Source: an uncultured archaeon (GTDB lineage: Archaea > Nanobdellota > Nanobdellia > Pacearchaeales > GW2011-AR1). Taken from it: a DNA stretch of 64,000 bases. Both the position numbers and the translations under genes were made by a program. The stretch spans positions 105,040 through 169,039 of the forward strand of contig CAWJRC010000004.1 in NCBI GenBank assembly GCA_963845205.1. The letters run 5' to 3'. How positions within the stretch are numbered: position 1 is the first letter of the stretch; every line of letters starts with the position of its first letter. Below the pieces are notes generated by a model that worked only from the letters and a program-made list of their open reading frames with translations, was not told the origin of the DNA and did no database searches. This document shows positions 1-9,783 of this stretch, one piece after another.

Positions 1-1653
1 GAAGTAATAAAAAAAGCTGAAAAGAAAACAGAAGAGATTATTGAATCTTACAATAATGGAACTCTTGAAATAATTCCTGGAAAAACAAAAGAGGAATCAA
101 GAGAAATAAAAATATTGCAGGCATTAAATGAAGTAAGAACCAAGATAGGGGAGATAGTCAAGAAAGAATTCCCTGAAGGTAATCCTGTAAATCATATGAT
201 TAAATCAGGCGGAGGCGGAAATATTTTGAATATTACGCAGATGGCTTCCTGCGTCGGCCAACAGGCATTATGGGGAAGGAGAATTGATTTAGGTTATAAT
301 CAGAGAACAATGTCGTTCTTCAAGCAGGGAGATTTATCTCCTCATTCGAGAGGATTTATCAGAAGTTCGTTCATCAAAGGATTGAGGCCAGATGAATTTT
401 TCTTTGGAGCAGTTACAGGAAGAGACTCACTCATGGATACAGCATTGAGAACTCCGAAATCAGGATATTTGTACAGAAGACTTGCAAACGCTCTGCAGGA
501 CTTGAGAGTTGAATACGACGGAACAATAAGAGACAGCAATAACAATGTTATACAATACAAATACGGCGATGACGGACTTGATGTTTCAAAACTTCATCTT
601 AAAGAACAAATCTCTTCAGGGGAAGCTATTGGAATCATAACTGCACAATCTTTCGGGGAATCATCAACACAAATGACCCTTAATGTATTCCACTTCGCAG
701 GAGTCCAGGAAATGCAGGTTACTTCAGGACTTCCAAGATTGATAGAAATTTTCGATGCAAGAAAAAAACCTTCTTCACCAAAGATGGAAATTTATTTGAA
801 GAAAGAATATAACAACGAAAAAGATGCAAAATCATTTGCTGAAAAAATAAAGGAAGTTACATTAAGGGAAATTGCATCCGAGATAAATTTGAATTTTAGC
901 AGCAAGATGATTGAAATCAAAATCGACAAGAATGCACTAAAACAGACCCATAGTTCGATAAAGACAATTGTTGAAAGACTGAATGATCTTGGATTCGCTG
1001 TAAAGGAAAAAGCCGACGCAATAACATTAAATGCTGCTGAATTTAATTTCAAGGAAATTTATCAGATGAAAGAAAAACTTAAGAAAACAATAATTTCAGG
1101 AATTAAAGGAGTTGCTCAGCTTTTGATTGTCAAGAGAGAAAAAGACTTTGTCATTATTACTCTTGGAACCAACTTGAAAAAGATGATAGCATTAAAAGAA
1201 GTTGATGCTGACAGAACAATTTCAAATGACTTTTATGAAGTTGCGGATATTTTCGGAATAGAAGTTGCGAGACAGCTGCTAATAAATGAAATTTATGAAG
1301 TTTTAAATTCACAAGGAGCAGACATCAATGAAAGGCACCTTAAACTCGTCGCTGATGCAATGACAAACACAGGAGAAGTTAAGGGAGTTACAAGAATGGG
1401 GATCATTGCACAGAAATCTTCAATTTTGGCAAGAGCAACTTTCGAGACTCCAGGAAAACAATTCATCAATGCAACAATAAAGGGAAGCAAGGATAAATTA
1501 ATCAGCGTAATAGAAAACATAATGCTTAATCAGCCGGTTCCTGTCGGAACAGGACTTCCAGGACTTCTAGTCAAAGTCATCGGCCCTTTGGTAAAAGAAG
1601 AATCGGAAAAGAAAACAGCGAAGAAAGAAATTGTTGAAGAGACAAATAAATAA
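1..1653 (+). CDS. rpoA: DNA-directed RNA polymerase largest subunit Rpo1 (A'/A'' region), 5'-partial; bridge helix and trigger loop in one continuous frame
   Basis: Frame open from nt 1 (ORF track starts at internal TTG/Met 115). Funnel motif NITQMASCVGQQ, bridge helix RGFIRSSFIKGLRPDEFFFGAVTGRDSLMDTALRT, YGDDGLD and trigger loop AQSFGESSTQMTLNVFHFAG are all in frame. Confidence 0.85.
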   Translation, partial: EVIKKAEKKTEEIIESYNNGTLEIIPGKTKEESREIKILQALNEVRTKIGEIVKKEFPEGNPVNHMIKSGGGGNILNITQMASCVGQQALWGRRIDLGYNQRTMSFFKQGDLSPHSRGFIRSSFIKGLRPDEFFFGAVTGRDSLMDTALRTPKSGYLYRRLANALQDLRVEYDGTIRDSNNNVIQYKYGDDGLDVSKLHLKEQISSGEAIGIITAQSFGESSTQMTLNVFHFAGVQEMQVTSGLPRLIEIFDARKKPSSPKMEIYLKKEYNNEKDAKSFAEKIKEVTLREIASEINLNFSSKMIEIKIDKNALKQTHSSIKTIVERLNDLGFAVKEKADAITLNAAEFNFKEIYQMKEKLKKTIISGIKGVAQLLIVKREKDFVIITLGTNLKKMIALKEVDADRTISNDFYEVADIFGIEVARQLLINEIYEVLNSQGADINERHLKLVADAMTNTGEVKGVTRMGIIAQKSSILARATFETPGKQFINATIKGSKDKLISVIENIMLNQPVPVGTGLPGLLVKVIGPLVKEESEKKTAKKEIVEETNK

Positions 1654-1712
1654 ATTTCTTAATTTAAAATACGAATAACTTTATAAAACAAATTCTTCTA
1701 AAAGATTTAAAC

Positions 1713-2129
1713 ATGATGAAAACAATTGACATGCAGGACATGAGGCATCTGAATTTATTTAGCAAAGTTACAAACATAAATACAAATTTCTGTGTGAAAT
1801 ACAACGACACAATAATTTTCTGCGTGCCAAAAAATCTTTTGATGAGAGCAGTTGGTGAAAATGCGAGGAACATCAGAACTCTAAGTGATATTATAAGAAA
1901 AAAAGTCAGGGTTATCCCGTGCCCGAGAGGAATTCAGGATGCCAAACCATTCATAGAACAAATTATCAGGCCGGTCACATTCAAGGATATGCAGATAACA
2001 AATAATGAAATAGTTATTACTGCAGGAATAATGAATAAAGCTGCATTAATCGGAAGAGAAAAGAGGAGACTTCTTGAACTTCAGAAAATCGCAAAGGATT
2101 ATTTTGGAAAAGAACTTAGAATTATTTGA
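1713..2129 (+). CDS. nusA: archaeal NusA-like KH-domain transcription factor
   Basis: 138 aa, two KH-like segments, conserved position directly after rpoA in the archaeal str operon. Confidence 0.75.
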   Translation: MMKTIDMQDMRHLNLFSKVTNINTNFCVKYNDTIIFCVPKNLLMRAVGENARNIRTLSDIIRKKVRVIPCPRGIQDAKPFIEQIIRPVTFKDMQITNNEIVITAGIMNKAALIGREKRRLLELQKIAKDYFGKELRII

Positions 2130-2170
2130 TTATTCGCAAGTTTTATAAATGAATTTTATCAACAATAATT

Positions 2171-2593
2171 ATGGGATTGAAAAGCGCAAAAAAATTAATG
2201 AAGAACAGAAAAAAGTTCAGATGGAAAGACAGCAAGTATATTGCAAAAACTCTTAATCTATACGCAAAAGCAGACCCGCTTGAAGGAGCAAATCAAGCAA
2301 AAGGAATTGTTCTGCAAAAAGTTCAGAAAGAAGCAAAGCAGCCAAATTCAGCGATGAGAAAATGTTGCAAAGTTCAGCTTAAGAAAAACGGAAAGTTTGT
2401 TACTGCATTCATTCCGGGAAATTTGGCGCAGAGATTTATTGATGAACACGACGAAGTTTTAATTCAAAGAATCGGCGGAAAACAGGGAAGAAGTAAAGGA
2501 GATATTCCGGGTGTAAGATTCCAAGTTATTCAAGTAAATGATCAGCCCTTGGATAGACTTACAAGCGGCAAGATAGAGAAGGGTAGAAGATAA
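2171..2593 (+). CDS. rps12: 30S ribosomal protein uS12 (S12/S23e)
   Basis: [10 protein letters not shown]...[12 protein letters not shown]...[10 protein letters not shown]...GDIPGVRF motifs of archaeal/eukaryotic S12. Confidence 0.9.
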   Translation: MGLKSAKKLMKNRKKFRWKDSKYIAKTLNLYAKADPLEGANQAKGIVLQKVQKEAKQPNSAMRKCCKVQLKKNGKFVTAFIPGNLAQRFIDEHDEVLIQRIGGKQGRSKGDIPGVRFQVIQVNDQPLDRLTSGKIEKGRR

Positions 2594-2594
2594 A

Positions 2595-3209
2595 ATGGCA
2601 GAAGAAAAACAAAAAATTAATTTCAAAATTTTTGACTTGTATGATATTTCTGGAATTGAAGTAAAAGATCAGGGATTAAAATCAGTAATAAATTTACAGC
2701 CAAAATTAGTTCTTCAAAGCCACGGAAGAAATGTACAGAGATTCGGGCAGACAAAGGTTAATGTTGTTGAAAGATTGATGAATAGAATTGCTGTTGCAGG
2801 ACACAGAGGTAAGAAACACAAAATAATCAAAGGAACAGCTACAGGAAAATATCCAAAGAACATGAAAATTGTTCTAGATGCATTCAAGCTCATAGAAAAG
2901 AAAACACAGAAAAATCCAGTTGAGGTTCTTGTAAGAGCAATTGAGAATTCTGCTCCCAGAGATGAAATAACAGTTATAGAATACGGAGGAACAAGATATC
3001 CTCAGGCAGTTGATGTAGCTCCATTAAGAAGAATCAATCTTGTTTTAAGATGGATTGTTCAAGGAGCATCAGATAAAGCATTCAACAAAAAGAAAACTTT
3101 GACAGAGGCTCTTGCAGAAGAACTTATTCTTGCATCAGAAAACAACGGAGAGAGTTTTGCAATGAGAAAAAAGAATGAATCTGAAAAGCAGGCTGATGCT
3201 GCTAGATAA
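2595..3209 (+). CDS. rps7: 30S ribosomal protein uS7
   Basis: 204 aa; 1-nt spacing from S12; conserved S7 core (NRIAVAGHRGKKHK..., VIEYGGTRYPQAVDVAPLRR). Confidence 0.85.
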   Translation: MAEEKQKINFKIFDLYDISGIEVKDQGLKSVINLQPKLVLQSHGRNVQRFGQTKVNVVERLMNRIAVAGHRGKKHKIIKGTATGKYPKNMKIVLDAFKLIEKKTQKNPVEVLVRAIENSAPRDEITVIEYGGTRYPQAVDVAPLRRINLVLRWIVQGASDKAFNKKKTLTEALAEELILASENNGESFAMRKKNESEKQADAAR

Positions 3210-3263
3210 TTCTATATTTCAAATAACAAATTTATTTTTAAAGTATTAATTTAATTTTATATC

Positions 3264-3662
3264 ATGTCAAAATATAAAGAGATAATTAAATTGCTGGATT
3301 CAAATGAAAGAATTGATGCGATGGAAATCAGCAGAACATTAAATGATATTTTAAAAGATATTAATGTTCCTAATTATTACATTGCTAAAGGCTTAGGTAT
3401 TGATGAAAAATATTTTTTGCAAATTAAAAATAATTATTATGGGTCTTATACCCATGATGAAAATATTAATTCATTAGAACGTTTAATAAGATTAGTTGAT
3501 TTTGCGGAAGACACTTTAAGCAAAGAGGGGGTAAAAGAATGGCTTGAGAAACCAAATCCAAATCTTGGCTATACTTCTCCGATATTGTACCTTCGTTCAG
3601 ATGAAGAGATGGAAAAAGTTTTATCTTTGCTTGGAGCTATTGGTCATGGGCTTCCAGCATAA
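3264..3662 (+). CDS. DUF2384 (Xre/MbcA/ParS-type antitoxin toxin-binding domain)-like protein, orphan
   Basis: C-terminal WLEKPNPNLGYTSPILYLRSDEEMEKVLSLLGAIGHG matches the W..PnpaLgG.sPl.l...g...V...L..i..G signature of DUF2384; no RES/MbcT-type toxin adjacent. Confidence 0.5.
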   Translation: MSKYKEIIKLLDSNERIDAMEISRTLNDILKDINVPNYYIAKGLGIDEKYFLQIKNNYYGSYTHDENINSLERLIRLVDFAEDTLSKEGVKEWLEKPNPNLGYTSPILYLRSDEEMEKVLSLLGAIGHGLPA

Positions 3663-3719
3663 AAAATAGTCCTTTTATCTCAATAATCCTTAAATAGTGA
3701 ATTGCTTCCCGATTAACCC

Positions 3720-4148
3720 ATGAGAAAAACATTGTCAAGTTTGATCATTGCCGGATTATTGTTCAGCGGATGCTCGCAATATAATCTTACAAGGGATCAA
3801 CTTGTATCAAAAATTGACAAAGAAAGAGTTTTCAAAAAGGGAGATTTTGGGAAATACTGCATCTCTGCTGTCGCTCAAGGTGAAGATATTATAGCAGCTT
3901 ATTCTCTAAATACTAACGGAACTCCCGATTTGGGGGCTGATTTTGAAATAACGAAAATAAGTGCCGACTCTAACGGGGTCCATATCGAAACAAAAGAAAA
4001 TGCAACAATAGTTTTAATTTATAACGGAACAAATGAAATAGAATATTCTGATACTAAAGGAAATGGGATTCTTGATAAAAAAGAGATTATAGACAATGAT
4101 AACAATTTAGAATTAGATAACAATCCCAAATACCAGATCTCTATATGA
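3720..4148 (+). CDS. small lipoprotein (signal peptide + lipobox LFSGC)
   Basis: N-terminal MRKTLSSLIIAGLLFSGCSQ; hydrophilic remainder. Confidence 0.5.
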   Translation: MRKTLSSLIIAGLLFSGCSQYNLTRDQLVSKIDKERVFKKGDFGKYCISAVAQGEDIIAAYSLNTNGTPDLGADFEITKISADSNGVHIETKENATIVLIYNGTNEIEYSDTKGNGILDKKEIIDNDNNLELDNNPKYQISI

Positions 4149-4223
4149 AATGAAAGAATTTTCTAAGTAGTAACTTTTAAAAAGCATTTTTATTTTCATT
4201 AATTGTTCTAACTATTTATTAAA

Positions 4224-6413
4224 ATGGCAGAAAAAGAAACACAATTTCAGAAGATACAAAGACTTAGCTCGAGCCAGAAAAATATCAGAAACATAGCGAC
4301 GAGCGCGCATATTCACCACGGAAAAACTGCTCTTACAGACAATCTTCTTGCTGCATCAGGATATATGGCTGCAAAGAATGCGGGGAATCTTGATGAAGGA
4401 ATGGCAACATGGCAGCATGCTGATGAGCAGGAACGATTGATGACAGTCGATTCTGCGAACGTTTCCATGGTTCACGATTTTCACGGAGAAGAATATTTGA
4501 TTAATTTAATTGATACTCCTGGGCACGTTGACTTTGGGGGGAATGTTACAAGAGCCATGAGAGCTATCGACGGAACAATTGTCCTTGTTTGCGCTGTCGA
4601 GGGAATAATGCCCCAAACAGAAACAGTCATTAAACAGGCATTGAGAGAAAGAGTAAAGCCCGTTTTATTCATCAATAAAGTTGACAGATTAATCAAAGAG
4701 ATGAAACTAACTCCTGAAGGAATGCAGCAGAGATTTGTAAAAATTATAAATGAATTTAATGATTTAGTAAGTAAAATTGCAGACCAGGATTTCAAGGAAA
4801 AATGGCTTGTTAACATCAATGATGGAAGCGTTGCTTTCGGAAGTGCCAAAGAGAACTGGGCGCTTTCTGTTCCTTTCATGATTAAAAAGAAAATTACATT
4901 CAAGGATATTTTCACTCTTGTTGAAATGAACGATACTGACAGAAAAGAATGGGTCTGGAAGAATGCTCCGCTTTATGAAGTTCTTCTGGATATGGCTGTA
5001 AAACATTTGCCAAATCCTCTTGAAGCACAACAATACAGAATTCCAAAAATATGGCACGGAGATCTTGACAGCGAATTCGGAAAAGATTTGCTTAGCTGCA
5101 ATCCCAAAGGAAAAATTGCTTTTGTGATAACAAGAATTGTAATAGATCCCCGTTCAGGAAAAGAAATTTCAGCGGGAAGACTTTTTTCAGGAACAATAAA
5201 AAACGGAATGGAAGTTCATCTTAATCTCGCGAATAAAGAACAAAAAGTCCAGCAGATATTCATTTACAATGGAATAAAACCGGAGCAGATTGAAGAAATC
5301 GGACCTGGAAATGTAATTGCAATTTCAGGAGTTACAGGAGAAGCAGGAGAGACAGTAACGCTTGAACCAGAAACTGCATTCGAAGAATTAAGACATATTT
5401 TTGAACCAGTCGTTACAAAATCGATTGAAGTAAAAAAAATGATGGATTTGCCGAAGCTGGTTGAAATATTAAAACAAGTTGCAAAAGAGGACCCTTCTGT
5501 AAAAGTAGAAATTAACGAACAGACAGGAGAAAGTTTGATTTCGGGAATGGGAGAACTTCATCTAGAAATAATCGAAAACAGAATCAAGACAGAAAAGGAA
5601 CTTGATGTAAAAACTTCTGCTCCTATTGTTGTTTACAGAGAAACAGTAAACAAAGAATCTCCTGAAATGGAAGGAAGAAGCCCAAACAAGCACAATAGTT
5701 TTTTCATTTCTGTCGAGCCGCTGGAAGATAATATTTATGCTGCGATAAAAAGCGGGGAAATTCCTGAAGGAAGAGTCAAGAAAAAAAGTCAGGAACTTGC
5801 AAATGTTCTGAACAAATTCAACTGGGATGGAGAATCAATAAGAAGCGTCAGGGATGTTTACAAGGGAAATATGTTTTTTGACAGGACAAAAGGAGAAGTT
5901 CACATCGGAGAAGTAATCGACATGATACTGGATGCATTTGAGATGGTTATGGATAAAGGCCCATTAGCCAGAGAGCCGTGCACAAAAATGAAACTTTCAT
6001 TAATGGATATCAAGCTTCACGAAGATGCGATCCACAGAGGCCCTGCCCAGGTTTATCCTGCTGTAAGAGAATCTATCACAGAAGCAATGAACAAAGCTGA
6101 TGCATGCCTCCTTGAGCCAGTACAGGTGCATCTGATTGAATTCCCCGACAAATTCTTAAGCACAATTACAAGACTAGTCGGAAGCAAAAGAGGACAGTTG
6201 CTCGAAGTAAAACAGGAAAATGGAGAGAGCGCAATAAAGGCGAAGATTCCTGTCGCTGAAATGATTGGATGGAGCAATGATTTGAGAAGCGCAACAGAAG
6301 GAAGAGGAGTTTCATCTCTTGCAGAACAGATGTTCGAAAAACTTCCGCAATCATTGACAAAAGATGTTATACAAAAAATAAGAAGCAGAAAAGGATTAGC
6401 TGAGAATCAGTAA
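4224..6413 (+). CDS. fusA: translation elongation factor 2 (aEF-2)
   Basis: AHIHHGKT, DTPGHVDF, diphthamide-site HEDAIHRGPAQ; 729 aa. Confidence 0.95.
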   Translation: MAEKETQFQKIQRLSSSQKNIRNIATSAHIHHGKTALTDNLLAASGYMAAKNAGNLDEGMATWQHADEQERLMTVDSANVSMVHDFHGEEYLINLIDTPGHVDFGGNVTRAMRAIDGTIVLVCAVEGIMPQTETVIKQALRERVKPVLFINKVDRLIKEMKLTPEGMQQRFVKIINEFNDLVSKIADQDFKEKWLVNINDGSVAFGSAKENWALSVPFMIKKKITFKDIFTLVEMNDTDRKEWVWKNAPLYEVLLDMAVKHLPNPLEAQQYRIPKIWHGDLDSEFGKDLLSCNPKGKIAFVITRIVIDPRSGKEISAGRLFSGTIKNGMEVHLNLANKEQKVQQIFIYNGIKPEQIEEIGPGNVIAISGVTGEAGETVTLEPETAFEELRHIFEPVVTKSIEVKKMMDLPKLVEILKQVAKEDPSVKVEINEQTGESLISGMGELHLEIIENRIKTEKELDVKTSAPIVVYRETVNKESPEMEGRSPNKHNSFFISVEPLEDNIYAAIKSGEIPEGRVKKKSQELANVLNKFNWDGESIRSVRDVYKGNMFFDRTKGEVHIGEVIDMILDAFEMVMDKGPLAREPCTKMKLSLMDIKLHEDAIHRGPAQVYPAVRESITEAMNKADACLLEPVQVHLIEFPDKFLSTITRLVGSKRGQLLEVKQENGESAIKAKIPVAEMIGWSNDLRSATEGRGVSSLAEQMFEKLPQSLTKDVIQKIRSRKGLAENQ

Positions 6414-6489
6414 ATTAGAAGAAAAAAACAAAACATTTTTAAACCTAAATTTTTTTAGATGATTAGCAAAAAATTTTATACAAAAAACA

Positions 6490-7776
6490 ATGGCTAAAGA
6501 AAAACCAAACATGAATGTCGTGTTCGTCGGACACGTCGATGCTGGAAAGTCAACTACAGTTGGAAGACTATTGTTCGACTCAGGAATAGTTTCTGAACAA
6601 GAAATGAAAAAACTTAAAGAGGAAGCTGAAAAACACGGAAAAGCTGGTTTTGAATTCGCATATGTTATGGATAAAATTAAAGAAGAGAGAGAAAGAGGAG
6701 TTACAATTGATTTAGCTTACAAGAAAATTATGACTCAGAAATTCCAAATCACAATCATTGATGCACCTGGTCACAGAGATTTCGTTAAAAATATGATCAC
6801 TGGAGCTTCACAAGCTGATGCTGCATTCCTTGTCGTCGCTGGAACAACAGGAATAGAACCCCAGACAAAAGAGCACTTATGGCTTTTGAGAACAATGGGA
6901 GTTCAGAATATCGCTGTTTTAATAAACAAGATGGATTCAATAAACTATGATGAAGCAAAATTCAACAAAATAAAAGAAGATGTTTCTATGTTATTAAAGA
7001 CAGTTGGATACAAATTAGAAAAAGTTAACTTCATTGCAGGTTCAGGACAAAAGGGAGATAATATTGCTAAGAAATCAACAAACATGCCTTGGTACAAAGG
7101 ACCAACTGTTGTAGAACAATTTGATTTATTCCCCCAGCCAGAATTACCTACTAATTTACCAATGAGAATGCCTATTCAGGATGTTTATGAAATTACAGGA
7201 ATAGGAACTGTTCCAGTTGGAAAAGTAGAAACAGGAATTATGAAAGTTGGACAGAAAGTTATGGTACTACCTGGAAGAACAGGAAAAGGAATTCCTGGAG
7301 AAATAAAAACAATAGAAATGCACCATGAAGCAATGCCAGAAGCATTGGCTGGAGATAATATCGGAGTAAACATACGAGGGGTAGGAAAGAAAGATATGGC
7401 AAGAGGAGATGTTATCTGCGATGCTGCTAAACCAATTCCAGTAGTTGAAGAATTTATTGCTCAGATTGCAGTAATCAATCACCCAACTGTTTTGGCTAAA
7501 GGTTACACACCAGTATTTCATGTTCACACTGCTCAAGTTCCATGCCAATTCGCAGAACTTATAGAGCAAATTGACCCAAAGACAGGACAAGTTATGAAGA
7601 CAAATCCTGATTTCTTGAAAAATGGGGATGTTGCTAAAGTAAGAATAAGACCTCAAGGAAACTTGTGCATTGAAACTCAGAAAGAAAATTCTTTTATGTC
7701 AAGATTTGCTGTAAGAGATGCAGGACAAACAGTTGCTGCTGGCGTCTGCATTGAAATCGTAAAGAAAAAGCAGTAA
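6490..7776 (+). CDS. tuf: translation elongation factor 1-alpha (aEF-1α)
   Basis: GHVDAGKST, DAPGHRDF, NKMD; 428 aa. Confidence 0.95.
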   Translation: MAKEKPNMNVVFVGHVDAGKSTTVGRLLFDSGIVSEQEMKKLKEEAEKHGKAGFEFAYVMDKIKEERERGVTIDLAYKKIMTQKFQITIIDAPGHRDFVKNMITGASQADAAFLVVAGTTGIEPQTKEHLWLLRTMGVQNIAVLINKMDSINYDEAKFNKIKEDVSMLLKTVGYKLEKVNFIAGSGQKGDNIAKKSTNMPWYKGPTVVEQFDLFPQPELPTNLPMRMPIQDVYEITGIGTVPVGKVETGIMKVGQKVMVLPGRTGKGIPGEIKTIEMHHEAMPEALAGDNIGVNIRGVGKKDMARGDVICDAAKPIPVVEEFIAQIAVINHPTVLAKGYTPVFHVHTAQVPCQFAELIEQIDPKTGQVMKTNPDFLKNGDVAKVRIRPQGNLCIETQKENSFMSRFAVRDAGQTVAAGVCIEIVKKKQ

Positions 7777-7805
7777 GATTTCTTAATAAGTTATTTTATA
7801 TTAAT

Positions 7806-7973
7806 ATGTTAGAAAAATATCAAACTGAATTTGAAGAAATGTATCAAAGGGTAATTAACAGAAATGAAATTCCGTTAAAAGTGATTGGGGATTATATGAA
7901 AATTTTTGAAAAAGAAGGCATCGGAAGTTTAGGAGTGATAAATTATCTTGGGGAATATTCTAGAAGAAAATAA
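7806..7973 (+). CDS. small hypothetical protein (55 aa)
   Basis: ATG-initiated ORF MLEKYQTEFEEMYQRV... below ORF-track cutoff; fills the gap after tuf. Confidence 0.25.
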   Translation: MLEKYQTEFEEMYQRVINRNEIPLKVIGDYMKIFEKEGIGSLGVINYLGEYSRRK

Positions 7974-7974
7974 T

Positions 7975-8709
7975 TTAGAAACTAATCCTCTTAATTACTC
8001 CTAACTTAATTCCATAATCTGAAACATCTTTACCGTATGTTTCACTAAAAAAACCTAAACCGAAATATAAATTATCTTCGGGATTTCCCACATAAATTGA
8101 TGCAGAAAATTTATCCCCCCATCCTTCATAAAGTTCTTTGGGATTTCCGAGAGGAACGCTGTAATTTTTTCCATTAACAACATTTACTCCCTGATAATCC
8201 TGTTCAACGATTTGATAATACTCTTTTGAATATTCTGCATTAAGCAAAACATAATGGTTGAATAGATCCAGATTGGCAGAAATTCCAATTGGAGGATATT
8301 TGACAATATCAATTTCTTCAAGCTTAACAGGATCCCACCAGTTTAAGTTTATAGTTTCAAGACCAGTTGAAGGAAAATTTATTCCTAAACGAGGGCCTAT
8401 TGAAAAGTAATCTCCTAATCTTATTTTTAGAGACAGTCCTGCTTCAAAATTTGCACAAGTTCCTGAAGGGGAGTAATTCAATGAGTTATCTCCGTATGCA
8501 GGATCCCAGCAAAGAGGCTGAAAATTGTTTTGCCAACCATCATATGCTTTTACCTCGTGATTATATGTTTGCGGACCTGCTTCTGCTATTGCATCGATGT
8601 CGAACTCAAAAAGACTGTCCTGAGCATGAATATTATTCATATTAAGAGAAAGAGCAATAGCCGGAACCAAAGCCAGCTTCATTATATTCGAAACCAGTCC
8701 GCTTCCCAT
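7975..8709 (-). CDS. secreted β-strand-rich protein with C-terminal aromatic residue (RISF)
   Basis: N-terminal signal peptide; alternating amphipathic strands; ends in Phe. Confidence 0.5.
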   Translation of the reverse strand: MGSGLVSNIMKLALVPAIALSLNMNNIHAQDSLFEFDIDAIAEAGPQTYNHEVKAYDGWQNNFQPLCWDPAYGDNSLNYSPSGTCANFEAGLSLKIRLGDYFSIGPRLGINFPSTGLETINLNWWDPVKLEEIDIVKYPPIGISANLDLFNHYVLLNAEYSKEYYQIVEQDYQGVNVVNGKNYSVPLGNPKELYEGWGDKFSASIYVGNPEDNLYFGLGFFSETYGKDVSDYGIKLGVIKRISF

Positions 8710-8806
8710 GTCATTTTAAAGGGGTTAAACTTTATATATTTATCTATTACAATCGGTTATATTTTCTTACATAAAAACTTTTAAACTAGGTTTTTATTTT
8801 CATTTT

Positions 8807-8953
8807 ATGGAAGATGAAAAAGAAGGGAAAAGGGCAAGCAAGTTTTTTGTAACAATTACAGGAAACAATACGCATTTTGAATGCCCGATAGATAACATGA
8901 ATGATTTTGAGGATCTGGACAGAATTTTGAAAGTTCTGAAAAAGAAATTGTAA
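8807..8953 (+). CDS. small hypothetical protein (48 aa), coupled to downstream gene (taatATG)
   Basis: ORF MEDEKEGKRASKFFVTITGNNTHFECPIDNMNDFEDLDRILKVLKKKL, stop 1 nt before next start. Confidence 0.3.
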   Translation: MEDEKEGKRASKFFVTITGNNTHFECPIDNMNDFEDLDRILKVLKKKL

Positions 8954-8954
8954 T

Positions 8955-9515
8955 ATGATACTAAGAAAAGAGATGACTAAGATTGAAATCGAAAAAGAAT
9001 TAAATCGTCAGGGAGATTACGTCCAGATCGATACTATAACAAGATTTCTCAAAGAAAACCCAGCAATGGACTTAAAAAAATTTCTTTATACAAAATTAAC
9101 AGAAATTTATGAAAGAAGAAACATGTTCATAGATGAAGCCGAGGTTTACAACAGGTTAATTGATATTGCTTTAACTCCTTCGGAAAAGGTTAATTGTTTG
9201 GTAAAGGCAACTGAATGCTATATAAAAGCAGGAGTTTTTGACAAAGCAGACCTGATGATGAGCAAAGTTACAGGACAGGTAAAAGAGCTTGAAAGAAGGA
9301 AAATAGTGAATTCAATCATTGAATTCTATAAAAAACAAGCGCTTGTTTATGAAAAGGAAAAAAGAAGGAACAGAGCAGTAAAAACTTATGAAAAAATTCT
9401 TTCAATGAATATTCTTGACTCAGAAAAAAAAGAAGTTAAACAAAGGCTAGTAAAATTATATCAGGAACTCGGAATGGTAGGGGAATATATGAAAATTAAG
9501 GGCGAATCTGAGTGA
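8955..9515 (+). CDS. hypothetical protein
   Basis: 186-aa ORF, helical, no recognisable motif. Confidence 0.4.
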   Translation: MILRKEMTKIEIEKELNRQGDYVQIDTITRFLKENPAMDLKKFLYTKLTEIYERRNMFIDEAEVYNRLIDIALTPSEKVNCLVKATECYIKAGVFDKADLMMSKVTGQVKELERRKIVNSIIEFYKKQALVYEKEKRRNRAVKTYEKILSMNILDSEKKEVKQRLVKLYQELGMVGEYMKIKGESE

Positions 9516-9614
9516 GGGCATCCACTTGACAGCAATTTTATCTCAAATTAATTTGACAGAAAGATTTATATACTACCATATATCACCATATTACATGGAG
9601 TTACAAAATGGAAA

Positions 9615-9782
9615 ATGACAAAGATACAAATAGACTTAGACGAGGAAGAAGACAAGATTGTAGAGATATACAAATTAGTAAACAATCTAAAGACAAAGGA
9701 GCAGGCAATTAAAATAATGGTAAAATATTTTAAGGCAGAAGTTAAACCTAAGAATCTAAAAGATAAGGAGTATTTTAAATAA
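9615..9782 (+). CDS. small putative ribbon-helix-helix-like DNA-binding protein (55 aa)
   Basis: MTKIQIDLDEEEDKIVEIYKLVNNLKTKEQAIKIMVKYF: β-strand then two helices, RHH/antitoxin-like; stop overlaps start of next gene (taaaATG). Confidence 0.4.
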   Translation: MTKIQIDLDEEEDKIVEIYKLVNNLKTKEQAIKIMVKYFKAEVKPKNLKDKEYFK

Positions 9783-9783
9783 A

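Noticed and set aside
342-1520. Minus-strand ORFs 342..560, 792..1052 and 1293..1520 inside rpoA
   Set aside because: Antisense to a strongly supported conserved gene; low-complexity translations. Spurious.
4481-7656. Minus-strand ORFs inside EF-2 and EF-1α (4481..4915, 4764..5057, 6053..6360, 7185..7656)
   Set aside because: Shadow ORFs of highly conserved genes on the opposite strand.
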